Source: Candidatus Scatomorpha stercoravium
GTDB taxonomy: Bacteria; Bacillota; Clostridia; Oscillospirales; Oscillospiraceae
NCBI GenBank assembly: GCA_018716005.1
Contig: DVKN01000007.1
Coordinates: forward strand, 1 to 29,769
Length of the DNA: 29,769 bases
Direction of reading: 5' to 3'
A program made the position numbers and the translations under genes. The notes under the pieces are model-generated. The model ran no database searches. It worked only from the letters and a program-made list of their open reading frames with translations, and had not been told where the DNA came from. Within the stretch, counting starts at the first letter, position 1. Each line of letters opens with the position of its first letter. Shown in pieces: positions 14,830 through 23,542 of the stretch.

Positions 14830-16746
14830 ATGCACTTTGAAAACCTCTTTTCCCCCATCAAGCTCCGCGGCCTCGAACTCAAGAACCGCGTGCTTATGCC
14901 GGGCATGGACACCAAGTTCGCGCACGACCACATAGGCGATGAGGTCATCGCCTATCACGTCGCGCGCGTCAAGGGCGGCTGCGCGCTCAATATGTTCGAG
15001 TGCACCGCCGTGCACATCACCTCGCGCTCGAGGATGAACTTCGGCCTCTACACCGAGGAGCAGCGCGACGAGTTCAAAAAGCTCACCGACGCCGTCCACG
15101 CGGCCGGCGGCAGGATAGGCGTGCAGCTGCTGCACTGCGGCTTCGTCTACCGCCCCTTCCTCTATGAGGGCGTCCGCTGCCTGGACGTCAACAACATGAC
15201 CAAGGAGGACATAGACGAGATAGTCGCCGCCTTCGGCCGCAGCACCGCCCTCGCCGTCGAGGCCGGCTTCGACACCGTCGAATTCCACGCCGCGCACACC
15301 TACCTCGCCCACGAGTTCCTCACCGCGGCCATCAACCGCCGCACGGACGAGTACGGCGGCAGCCTCGAAAACCGCGCGCGCTTCGCCCTCGAGTGCATCC
15401 GCGAGATGCGCCGCAATATGCCCGAGGATATGCCGCTGCTCATGCGCGTCGACGTCCACGACGACTACCTCGAGAACGGCCTCACCGTCGACGACGTCGC
15501 CCAGTTCGTGAACTGGGCCGGCGAGGCCGGCGTCGACCTTGCGGATGTGTCCCGCGGCAACATCCTCTCCTTCGCCAACGTTTACGAGGTGCCGCCCATC
15601 AACCTGCCGAAGGGCCTCAACATAGACCTCATCGGCGAGCTCAAGAGCAAGGTCAAGGACGTCGCCATAGCCACCGTCGGCCGCATAGTCGAGCCCGAGA
15701 TGGCCGAGCGCGCCCTCGCCGAGGGCAAGGCCGACATGGTCGCCATCGGCCGCGCGCAGATAGCCGACCCCGACTGGTGCGTCAAGGCCATGCGCGGCGA
15801 GAGCGACAAGATAGTCAAGTGCATCGGCTGCCTCCAGGGCTGCTACGACGCCGTGACCCTGCCCGACCGCGCCCACATAACCTGCCTGCGCAACCCCATG
15901 TGCGGCCGCGAGAGCAAGCCCGTCCCCACCGCCAAGCGCAGCCTGCGCGTCATGGTCATCGGCGGCGGCATGGGCGGCATGGTGACCGCGCGCTACCTCA
16001 AGCAGTTCGGCCACGAGCCCGAGATTTACGAAATGACCAACGCCCTCGGCGGCCAGTTCGTCCTCGCCGGCAAGGCCCCGCACAAGGACGAGATTGGCGA
16101 GGCCGACCTCTGGGAGCAGCACGCCGTGCTCAGCCTGGGCATCCCCGTCCACCTGAACACCACCGTCACCCCCGAGCTCATCGCCCGCGTCAAGCCCGAC
16201 GCCGTCATCTGCGCCACCGGCGCGACCCCGCTCATCCCGCGCATCCCCGGCTACGACCTCCCGCACGTCTGCAACGCGCACGAGGTCCTCGCCGGCGATA
16301 TAACCCCGTCCGGCAACGTCGTCATCATCGGCGGCGCCTCCGTCGGCGTCGAGGTCGCCGAGTACCTCGCCGAGCGCGGCGCCCACGTGAGCGTCATCGA
16401 GATGCGCAACAAGCCCGGCATCGGCTACGGCCCGCTGCGCCGCAAGTTCGTCAAGAAGAACCTGTTCGAGTACGGCATCAACTTCATCGGCGAGGCCAAG
16501 TGCGAGGAGATACGCCCCGACAGCGTGGTCTACACGAAGCACGAGAAGACCGCCAGCATCCCCTGCGACGCCGCCGTCATCTCCGTCGGCTCCCGCAGCC
16601 GCGACACCACCGACATCGTCTCCGCCTGCAAAAAGCTCGGCATATTCTGCCGCGTGATAGGCGACGCGAAGGCCGTCGGCAACGCGCTCGACGCCACCAC
16701 CGCCGGTATGGACGCAATCTACGAGCTTCTCGCCGAGAACGCCTGA
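14830..16746 (+). CDS. Second BaiCD-like flavoenzyme (tandem paralog)
   Basis: Same architecture and strong similarity to the upstream BaiCD (RGLELKNRVLMPGMDTK, SRGNILSFANVYEVPP, CIGCLQGCYDAV) but divergent substrate loops. Confidence 0.88.
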   Translation: MHFENLFSPIKLRGLELKNRVLMPGMDTKFAHDHIGDEVIAYHVARVKGGCALNMFECTAVHITSRSRMNFGLYTEEQRDEFKKLTDAVHAAGGRIGVQLLHCGFVYRPFLYEGVRCLDVNNMTKEDIDEIVAAFGRSTALAVEAGFDTVEFHAAHTYLAHEFLTAAINRRTDEYGGSLENRARFALECIREMRRNMPEDMPLLMRVDVHDDYLENGLTVDDVAQFVNWAGEAGVDLADVSRGNILSFANVYEVPPINLPKGLNIDLIGELKSKVKDVAIATVGRIVEPEMAERALAEGKADMVAIGRAQIADPDWCVKAMRGESDKIVKCIGCLQGCYDAVTLPDRAHITCLRNPMCGRESKPVPTAKRSLRVMVIGGGMGGMVTARYLKQFGHEPEIYEMTNALGGQFVLAGKAPHKDEIGEADLWEQHAVLSLGIPVHLNTTVTPELIARVKPDAVICATGATPLIPRIPGYDLPHVCNAHEVLAGDITPSGNVVIIGGASVGVEVAEYLAERGAHVSVIEMRNKPGIGYGPLRRKFVKKNLFEYGINFIGEAKCEEIRPDSVVYTKHEKTASIPCDAAVISVGSRSRDTTDIVSACKKLGIFCRVIGDAKAVGNALDATTAGMDAIYELLAENA

Positions 16747-16770
16747 GTTCCCGGCCTGACATTGAAAAAA

Positions 16771-16795
16771 CGCCGCGCCGGGCCCCGGCGCGGCG
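16771..16795. promoter_or_regulatory. Intergenic hairpin upstream of baiE
   Basis: CGCCGCGCCGG/CCGGCGCGGCG 11-bp stem; no downstream U-tract on + strand. Confidence 0.6.
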
Positions 16796-16830
16796 CGAAA
16801 AACCGCGAACTATTGTTAGGAGGTACAGTT

Positions 16831-17352
16831 ATGACGATTGAAGAAAGGCTCGAGGCTCTCGAGAAGGAGACCCAGAAGCTCCGAGACGTTATCGAGATTA
16901 TGAACCTGAAGGGCAAGTATTTCCGCTGCCTCGACAGCAAGGACTGGGACGGCCTCGAGACTACGTTCTCCCCCAACGTCGCCACTTCCTACTCCAACGG
17001 CAAGCTCTCCTTCCACGGCCCGAAGGAGGTCACTAACTACTTCAAGCAGACCATGCCCGCCGAGATGATAAGCATGCACATGGGCCACACCCCCGAGATT
17101 ACCGTCAACGACGACGGCACCGCCGTCGGCCGCTGGTACCTCCAGGACAACCTCATCTTCACCGAGGGCAGCCCCTACGCCGGCGTGGGCATCCAGGGCG
17201 GCGCCTTCTACACCGACAAGTACGAGAAGATAGACGGCCAGTGGCTCATAGTCGAGACCGGCTACGTCCGCATCTACGAGGAGAGCTTCAAGCGCCCCCA
17301 CACCCGCATGACCGCCAATATGCACGCCAAGAAGGAAGTAAAGGCCGAATAA
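16831..17352 (+). CDS. baiE: Bile acid 7alpha-dehydratase
   Basis: MTIEERLEALEKE..., LKGKYFRCLD, ISMHMGHTPEI, GGAFYTDKYEKIDGQW; residues equivalent to BaiE Y30, D35, H83, D106, R146 present; start moved to ATG 16831 (AGGAGG). Confidence 0.96.
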   Translation: MTIEERLEALEKETQKLRDVIEIMNLKGKYFRCLDSKDWDGLETTFSPNVATSYSNGKLSFHGPKEVTNYFKQTMPAEMISMHMGHTPEITVNDDGTAVGRWYLQDNLIFTEGSPYAGVGIQGGAFYTDKYEKIDGQWLIVETGYVRIYEESFKRPHTRMTANMHAKKEVKAE

Positions 17353-17400
17353 GGCGGAAATCTGAGCCCAATCCCGAGAATAAGAAAGGAAAGATATATC

Positions 17401-18153
17401 ATGGAACTCGTCAAAGGCAAAGTAGCTTTCATAACCGGCGGCACCCGCGGCATCGGCTTCGCGGCCGCTAAGAAGTTCATCGAGAACGGCGCCCACGTCG
17501 CCATCGCCGGCCACTGCCAGGAGACCGTCGACGCCGCCCTCGCCAAGCTCAAGGAGCTCTACCCGGACGTCGAGGTCCTCGGCCTGCATCCCACCCTGAC
17601 CAGCCGCCAGGAGATGCTCGACGCCGTCGGCCAGGTCGTCGCCAAGTGGGGCCGCATCGACGTCATGATTAACAACGCCGGCGTGACCCACAGCACCGTG
17701 TTCAGCAAGATTCAGGAGGGCGAGTTCGAGCATATGTTCGACGTCAACGTCGAGGGCGTGTACAACGGCGCCTGGGCCGCCTACCAGTACATGAAGGCCA
17801 ACAACGCCGGCGTCATCATCAACACCGCCTCCGTCACCGGCATCTTCGGCTCCACCTCCGGCGTCGGCTACCCCGCCAGCAAGGCCGCGGTCGTCGGCTT
17901 CACCCATGAGCTCGGCCGCGAGCTGGTCCGCCGCAACATCCGCGTCGTCGCCGTCGCCCCCGGCGTTGTCAACACCGACATGACCAACGCCAACATGGAC
18001 CCCGTCATCAAGGAGCAGTACCTCAAGTACCTGCCCATGAAGCGTATGCTCGAGCCCGAGGAGATTGCCAACGTCTATCTCTTCCTCGCCAGCGACCTCG
18101 CCAGCGGCATCACCGCCACCACCGTCAGCGTTGACGGCGCCTACAGGCCGTAA
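17401..18153 (+). CDS. baiA: 3alpha-hydroxy bile acid-CoA dehydrogenase (SDR)
   Basis: ITGGTRGIGFAAAK, GVGYPASK and C-terminus LPMKRMLEPEEIANVYLFLASDLASGITATTVSVDGAYRP matching recalled BaiA. Confidence 0.96.
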   Translation: MELVKGKVAFITGGTRGIGFAAAKKFIENGAHVAIAGHCQETVDAALAKLKELYPDVEVLGLHPTLTSRQEMLDAVGQVVAKWGRIDVMINNAGVTHSTVFSKIQEGEFEHMFDVNVEGVYNGAWAAYQYMKANNAGVIINTASVTGIFGSTSGVGYPASKAAVVGFTHELGRELVRRNIRVVAVAPGVVNTDMTNANMDPVIKEQYLKYLPMKRMLEPEEIANVYLFLASDLASGITATTVSVDGAYRP

Positions 18154-18156
18154 GCT

Positions 18157-18918
18157 ATGCTGCTGAAAGACAAGGTCGCCATAATAACCGGCGCGAACTC
18201 GGGCATAGGCCATGAGTGCGCCCTGACATTTATAGCCGAGGGGGCCATAGTCGCCGGCGTCGACATCAACACCGGCAGCATGGCCGGCCTCGCCGAAGCC
18301 GCCGAGAAATACGGCACCCGCTTCGAGGCCTTCCAGTGCGACGTGCGCAGCGAGGAGTCCGTCATGGGCGTAGTCGACGCCGTGGCCGAGCGCTTCGGCG
18401 GACGCATCGACATCATGCTCAACGTCGCCGGCATCACCGTCGACTCCCCCATCACGCGCACGGACAAGAGCGTCTTCGACCGCGTCATAGACGTCAACGC
18501 CGGCGGCACCTTCAACTTCTGCAAGCACGTGGCGCGGTACATGAAGCGCCAGCGCTCCGGCTCCATCGTGAACACGAGCTCCGTCACCGCCCAGTTCGGC
18601 ACCCAGATGGGCACGCCGTACAGCGCGAGCAAGGCCGCCATACTCGGCATCACCCGCTCGCTCGCCATGGAGCTCGCGCCCTGGAACGTCCGCGTGAACG
18701 CGGTCGCCCCCGGCGTCGTGAACACGGAGATGGTCTCCAACCTCAACGAGCAGGAGCGCGAGAGCTGCGCGAGGAGCATCCCCCTCGCCAGGCTCGGCGA
18801 GCCCCGCGACATCGCGAACGCCATGCTCTTCCTCGCGAGCGACATGGCCTCGTACATAACCGGCAGCACGCTGAACGTCGACGGCGGATACCGCCCCGCC
18901 TTCGTGCCGCTGCACTGA
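18157..18918 (+). CDS. Additional BaiA-like SDR oxidoreductase (candidate hydroxysteroid dehydrogenase)
   Basis: TGANSGIG, acidic D in GVDIN (NAD-type), YSASK, VAPGVVNTEM and VDGGYRP resembling BaiA. Confidence 0.85.
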   Translation: MLLKDKVAIITGANSGIGHECALTFIAEGAIVAGVDINTGSMAGLAEAAEKYGTRFEAFQCDVRSEESVMGVVDAVAERFGGRIDIMLNVAGITVDSPITRTDKSVFDRVIDVNAGGTFNFCKHVARYMKRQRSGSIVNTSSVTAQFGTQMGTPYSASKAAILGITRSLAMELAPWNVRVNAVAPGVVNTEMVSNLNEQERESCARSIPLARLGEPRDIANAMLFLASDMASYITGSTLNVDGGYRPAFVPLH

Positions 18919-18955
18919 ACCACCTCAAGCTATACCCGAAAGGAGCAGAAAACCA

Positions 18956-20257
18956 ATGGCTGGTCTTAAAGATTTCCCCAATAACGGCGCCCTCCACGGG
19001 CTAAAGATACTCGACAGCGGCTCCAACATAGCCGGCCCCTTCGCGGGCGGCCTGCTGGCTGAGGCCGGCGCCACCGTCATCCACTTCGAGGCCCCCAAGA
19101 AGCCCGACAACCAGCGCGGCTGGTACGGCTATCCCCAGAACCACCGCAACCAGCTCTCCATGGTCGCCGACATCAAGACCGAAGAGGGCCGCGAGATATT
19201 CCTGAAGCTCATCAAGTGGGCCGACATCTGGGTCGAGTCCTCCAAGGGCGGCCAGTACGACCGCCTGGGCCTGAGCGACGAGTTTATCTGGACCATCAAC
19301 CCCAAGCTCGCCATCTGCCACGTCTCCGGCTACGGCCAGAGCGGCGTGCCCGAGTACGTCACCAAGGCGAGCTACGACGCCGCGGGCCAGGCCTTCTCCG
19401 GCTATATGTCCCTCAACGGCATCGACTACTCCCTCAAGACCAACCCCTACCTGAGCGACTACGTCTGCGGCCTCACCACCTGCTGGAGCATGCTCGCCTG
19501 CTACGTCAGCACCCAGCTCACCGGCAAGGGCGAGAGCGTCGACGTCGCCCAGTACGAGGCCCTGGCCCGCATCACCGACGGCCGCTTCATGCAGTACCTC
19601 ACCGACGGCGTCAAGATGCCGCGCACCGGCAACAAGGACGCCCAGGCCGCGAGCTTCAGCTTCTACACCTGCAAGGACGGCGGCGTCATCTTCATCGGCA
19701 TGACCGGCGCCGAGGTCTGCAAGCGCGGCTACCCGATTATCGGCCTGCCCGTGCCCGGCACCGGCGACCCCGACTTCCCCGAGGGCTTCACCGGCTGGAT
19801 GATTAACTCCCCCGTCGGCCAGAGGATAGAGCGCGCCGTCGAGAACTACGTCTCCCAGCACACCGTCGACGAGGTCGAGGCCGAGATGCTCGCCCATCAG
19901 ATCCCCTGCCAGAAGGTCTACGAGCTCGAGGACTGCGCCAAGGATCCCCAGTGGCAGGCCCGCGAGACCCTCACCGAGTGGGACGACCCCATGTTCGGCC
20001 ACGTCAAGGGCCTCGGCCTCCTGAGCAAGTTCAAGAACAACCCGAGCCAGATCTGGCGCGGCGCCCCGCTCTTCGGCATGGACAACCGCGACATCATGCG
20101 CGACCTCGGCTACACCGACGAGCAGATTCAGGACTACTACGACCGCGGCATCGTCGGCGAGTTCGACCTTGAGACCACTATCAAGCGCTACCGCCTGCGC
20201 GAGGTCATCCCCCATATGCGCCCCGACTGGAAGGGCCTCCCCGAAGACAAGAAATAA
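18956..20257 (+). CDS. baiF: Bile acid CoA-transferase (family III)
   Basis: MAGLKDFP..GAL.GLKILDSGSNIAGP, KKPDNQRGWYGYPQNHRNQLSMVADIK, GLPVPGTGDPDFPEGFTGW match recalled BaiF. Confidence 0.96.
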   Translation: MAGLKDFPNNGALHGLKILDSGSNIAGPFAGGLLAEAGATVIHFEAPKKPDNQRGWYGYPQNHRNQLSMVADIKTEEGREIFLKLIKWADIWVESSKGGQYDRLGLSDEFIWTINPKLAICHVSGYGQSGVPEYVTKASYDAAGQAFSGYMSLNGIDYSLKTNPYLSDYVCGLTTCWSMLACYVSTQLTGKGESVDVAQYEALARITDGRFMQYLTDGVKMPRTGNKDAQAASFSFYTCKDGGVIFIGMTGAEVCKRGYPIIGLPVPGTGDPDFPEGFTGWMINSPVGQRIERAVENYVSQHTVDEVEAEMLAHQIPCQKVYELEDCAKDPQWQARETLTEWDDPMFGHVKGLGLLSKFKNNPSQIWRGAPLFGMDNRDIMRDLGYTDEQIQDYYDRGIVGEFDLETTIKRYRLREVIPHMRPDWKGLPEDKK

Positions 20258-20267
20258 GAATCTATTC

Positions 20268-20291
20268 GGGCCCGGCCCGACGGCCGGGCCC
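20268..20291. promoter_or_regulatory. Intergenic hairpin after baiF
   Basis: GGGCCCGGCC/GGCCGGGCCC 10-bp stem, CGAC loop, no U-tract. Confidence 0.6.
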
Positions 20292-20310
20292 GGCCTCCGG
20301 AGGGTTTGAT

Positions 20311-21108
20311 ATGAAAAAACTGGAGAATAAGGTGGCGCTCGTCACCGCGAGCACGCGCGGCATCGGCTATGCCATAGCGGAGACCTTCGCCCGCGAGGGC
20401 GCGACGGTCTATATGGCCTGCCGCAACCTTGAAGCCGCCAACGAAAAGGCCGCGGCCCTCAACGCGGAGGGCTGCTGCGTGAAGACCGTGTACTTCGAGG
20501 CTCACGACAAGCAGAGCATGAAGGACATGATAAAGACCGCCGTCGAAAACGAGGGCCGGCTGGACATACTCGTCAACAACTTCGGCGGCACGAGCCCGAA
20601 GGACGACCTGCCGTTCCAGTACACGAAATACGACAAGTTCGCGAACTATATTGACATGCACCTCTCCAGCGTGTTCATAGCCTCCCAGGAGGCCATACGC
20701 CTCGCGATGGAGAAGCAGAAGAGCGGCTGCATAATCAATATCGGCTCCGTCGCCGGCATCACGCCCGATACGAGCCAGGTCGCCTACGGCACCAGCAAGG
20801 CCGCCATTATCCACCTGAGCAAGATGATAGCCGTCCACGCCGCGAAGGACAACATCACCTGCAACGTCGTGTGCCCCGGCATGACCGCGACCGAGGCCGT
20901 CATGAACAACCTGACGCCCGAGTTCATGCAGTTCTTCCTCAAGCACACGCCCATCGCGCGCATGGCCACGCCCCAGGAGATGGCCGACGCCGCGCTCTAC
21001 TTCGCCACCGCGCCCTTCACCACGGGCCAGGTGCTGGCCGTCCACGGCGGCTTCGGCGTGCCGAGCCCCGTATACGGCGACATGCTGCTCATGACCAACA
21101 AGCGCTAA
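20311..21108 (+). CDS. hdhA: 7alpha-hydroxysteroid dehydrogenase, NADP(H)-type SDR
   Basis: LVTASTRGIG, MACRN (basic residue, NADP-type), LVNNFG, PDTSQVAYGTSKAAI, PGMTATEAV.NNLT..F..FFLKHTP match recalled clostridial 7alpha-HSDH. Confidence 0.85.
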   Translation: MKKLENKVALVTASTRGIGYAIAETFAREGATVYMACRNLEAANEKAAALNAEGCCVKTVYFEAHDKQSMKDMIKTAVENEGRLDILVNNFGGTSPKDDLPFQYTKYDKFANYIDMHLSSVFIASQEAIRLAMEKQKSGCIINIGSVAGITPDTSQVAYGTSKAAIIHLSKMIAVHAAKDNITCNVVCPGMTATEAVMNNLTPEFMQFFLKHTPIARMATPQEMADAALYFATAPFTTGQVLAVHGGFGVPSPVYGDMLLMTNKR

Positions 21109-21119
21109 AGGAGACAGAT

Positions 21120-21629
21120 ATGGAACGTCAACTCCAGGAACTCATAGAGAAGGAAGCCATCCGCGAGCAGATATACACCTACTGCCGCGCGCTTGACCGC
21201 ATAGACAACGAGCTGGGCTACACTGTCTTCGCCGAGGACGCCAAGGTCGACTACGGCCCCACCTATAAGGGCGACGGCCGCGGCTTCATCGACATGATGC
21301 TCAATATGCACCGCGGGATGGTCGCCACCCACCACATGATGACGAACATCCTGATAAAGTTCAATGACGACATGACCCGCGCCGCGAGCGAGACCTATAT
21401 GTACGCCGCCTGCAAGTACAAGAACAAGGCCGGCGAGGCCAGCTTCACCGTCGAGGCCCGCTGCCGCGACATCGACAAGTGGGAGAAGCGCGACGGCAAG
21501 TGGGTCATCACCGAGCGCGTCGTCGCCGGCGACAACACCTTTATGCTCACGCCGAGGTACTTCGACGACTACAACAACGGCCGCGACACCGTCAAGGACC
21601 CGTCCTACACCTTCTTCGAGGAAGTGTGA
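21120..21629 (+). CDS. SnoaL/NTF2-like protein (dehydratase/isomerase fold), additional to BaiE and BaiI
   Basis: LIEKEAIREQIYTYCRALD...THHMMTN...DKWEKRDGKWVITER SnoaL_4 pattern; start moved to ATG 21120 (AAAGGAG). Confidence 0.85.
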   Translation: MERQLQELIEKEAIREQIYTYCRALDRIDNELGYTVFAEDAKVDYGPTYKGDGRGFIDMMLNMHRGMVATHHMMTNILIKFNDDMTRAASETYMYAACKYKNKAGEASFTVEARCRDIDKWEKRDGKWVITERVVAGDNTFMLTPRYFDDYNNGRDTVKDPSYTFFEEV

Positions 21630-21657
21630 GCGCGGCTCGCATTGAGGAGGCCGTGCA

Positions 21658-23469
21658 GTGAAGCTGAATCCAGGTACATATGAGGGCTGCGCGCGCGGAT
21701 ACGGCGGCAGGCTCTATGTGAGCGCCGAGGTCTCCGAGGGGAGCATCCTCAGCGTAAAGATAACCAAGCACCGCGAATACCGCGGCATAGCCTGGGGGCT
21801 GAACACCACGCCCATCGAGAGCTTCCCCGGGCTCATAGTCAAATACCAGAGCCTCAACATTCCCCCGGTAACGGGCGCGGACGTCACCTGCGAGGCCATC
21901 CTCGGCGCGGTTTCCGCCGCCCTCGCGGCCGCGGGCGCGTCCGAGGAGGACATAGCCGCGCTCCGCTCCGCCCCCGGCCCCGTGCCGCCCGAGTATGAGG
22001 ACGAGGTCCGCCATGTCGACGTCGTGGTCTGCGGCGCGGGCGCGGGCGGCCTCGCCGCCGCCATCGAGGTCAAGGAGGCCGGCGGCGACGTCGTGATTGT
22101 GGAGAAGCAGGGCGTGACCGGCGGCGCGACCGCGCGCTCCGGCGGCAAGCTCCTCGGCGCGGGCACCGAATGGCAGAAGCGCCAGGGCATCTACGACAGC
22201 GAGAACATGGTCTACGACTACCTCATGGAGGTGGGCGACCGGCAGGGCAAATTCATGGACGCCGGGAAGACCCGCTATCTCGTCGACAACCTGAACTCCA
22301 CCATAGAATGGCTCAGCTCCATCGAGGCCACCGTGAAGGGCGATGAGGAAGAGATACTGGCCATGCCGTATCAGGAGCTCTCCCGCCCGCGCAGGAAGGA
22401 CGGCGCGCTCAAGACGAGCTACCACGTCCTCGACGTCGAGGCCATACACAAGAGCCTCCAGCCCTGGAGGGTGCACAATTCCCCCGGAGGCGGCGGCCAG
22501 ACGAACGGCCAGGGCGGCGAGATTTCCACCCCGCTCACGCTCTACTATGAGAACGACATCGGCGGCGAGATAATCTACAACACCGCCATGCAGGAGCTGC
22601 TCACCGACGAATACGGCGCGGTGACCGGCGTCGTATGCCGCCGCGCGAACGGCGCGAAGCTGACGCTCTACGCCCGCCGCGGCGTGATAATCGCCACCGG
22701 CGGCTACGCGCGGAACAAGGAGATGTGCTCCCGCTACCCCGTGGCGCACTACTTCAGCAACGTCCCGTGCGGGAACGTCGGCGAGGGCCTCACGGCCGCC
22801 GAGAGGATAGGCGCGCTCAACTACGAGCACCCGGCCGTGCAGGTGGTCTACACCTCGCTGAGCTGCGGCGTCGGCATAAACGACGAGAGCGGCCTCATAG
22901 TGAACAGCCGCGGCGAGCGCGTCGTAAACGAGTGGACCTATCAGTACACGGTCTCGGACGCCATCGCACGCTCCGGCAGCAGCTGCGGCTGGTACATAAC
23001 CAGCGGCGACGAGCCCTATCCGACCGTGCGCTACGGCTTCGCCCAGGCTGTCGAGGGCAAGAGCCGCGACTACGCCGCCGACAGCATAGAGGAGCTGGCC
23101 GTGAAGATAAAGGCCGACCCCGCCGTGCTGAAGGCCACATACGAGCGCTACTGCGAGCTCGTGGAAAAGGGCGCCGACGAGGACTTCGGGAAGCCCGCGA
23201 AGTTCCTCCACCCCATAAAGGGGCCGAAGTTCGCCGCGCTCAGGCTCCACCCCTGCGTGACCGTCACCTTCGGCGGGCTGGACACCGACCTCTCGGCGCG
23301 CGTAATACGCCCCGACGGGAGCGTCATACCCCGCCTGTACGCGGCCGGCGAGGTCGCCGGTACGGGAATGTACGGCACGCAGTACCCCACCTGCGGCACC
23401 TCCATAGGCAGCGCGCTCTTCTACGGCCGCATAGCCGGACGCGCCGTCATGGATAAGAAGATGCTTTGA
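21658..23469 (+). CDS. FMN-bind + FAD_binding_2 (flavocytochrome/fumarate-reductase-like) oxidoreductase, BaiJ/BaiP-like
   Basis: N-terminal PGTYEG.ARGYGG.L.V...V FMN-bind domain; DVVVCGAGAGGLAAAIE, EKQGVTGGATARSGG, TFGGL, IPRLYAAGEVAG; GTG start after GAGGAGG; no signal peptide. Confidence 0.8.
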   Translation: MKLNPGTYEGCARGYGGRLYVSAEVSEGSILSVKITKHREYRGIAWGLNTTPIESFPGLIVKYQSLNIPPVTGADVTCEAILGAVSAALAAAGASEEDIAALRSAPGPVPPEYEDEVRHVDVVVCGAGAGGLAAAIEVKEAGGDVVIVEKQGVTGGATARSGGKLLGAGTEWQKRQGIYDSENMVYDYLMEVGDRQGKFMDAGKTRYLVDNLNSTIEWLSSIEATVKGDEEEILAMPYQELSRPRRKDGALKTSYHVLDVEAIHKSLQPWRVHNSPGGGGQTNGQGGEISTPLTLYYENDIGGEIIYNTAMQELLTDEYGAVTGVVCRRANGAKLTLYARRGVIIATGGYARNKEMCSRYPVAHYFSNVPCGNVGEGLTAAERIGALNYEHPAVQVVYTSLSCGVGINDESGLIVNSRGERVVNEWTYQYTVSDAIARSGSSCGWYITSGDEPYPTVRYGFAQAVEGKSRDYAADSIEELAVKIKADPAVLKATYERYCELVEKGADEDFGKPAKFLHPIKGPKFAALRLHPCVTVTFGGLDTDLSARVIRPDGSVIPRLYAAGEVAGTGMYGTQYPTCGTSIGSALFYGRIAGRAVMDKKML

Positions 23470-23542
23470 GGCCGTTGCGGAGAAACGGCCGGCCGGCGGC
23501 AGCGCCGGATGAGTAAAATGATTTGAGAGGACAACTGACACC

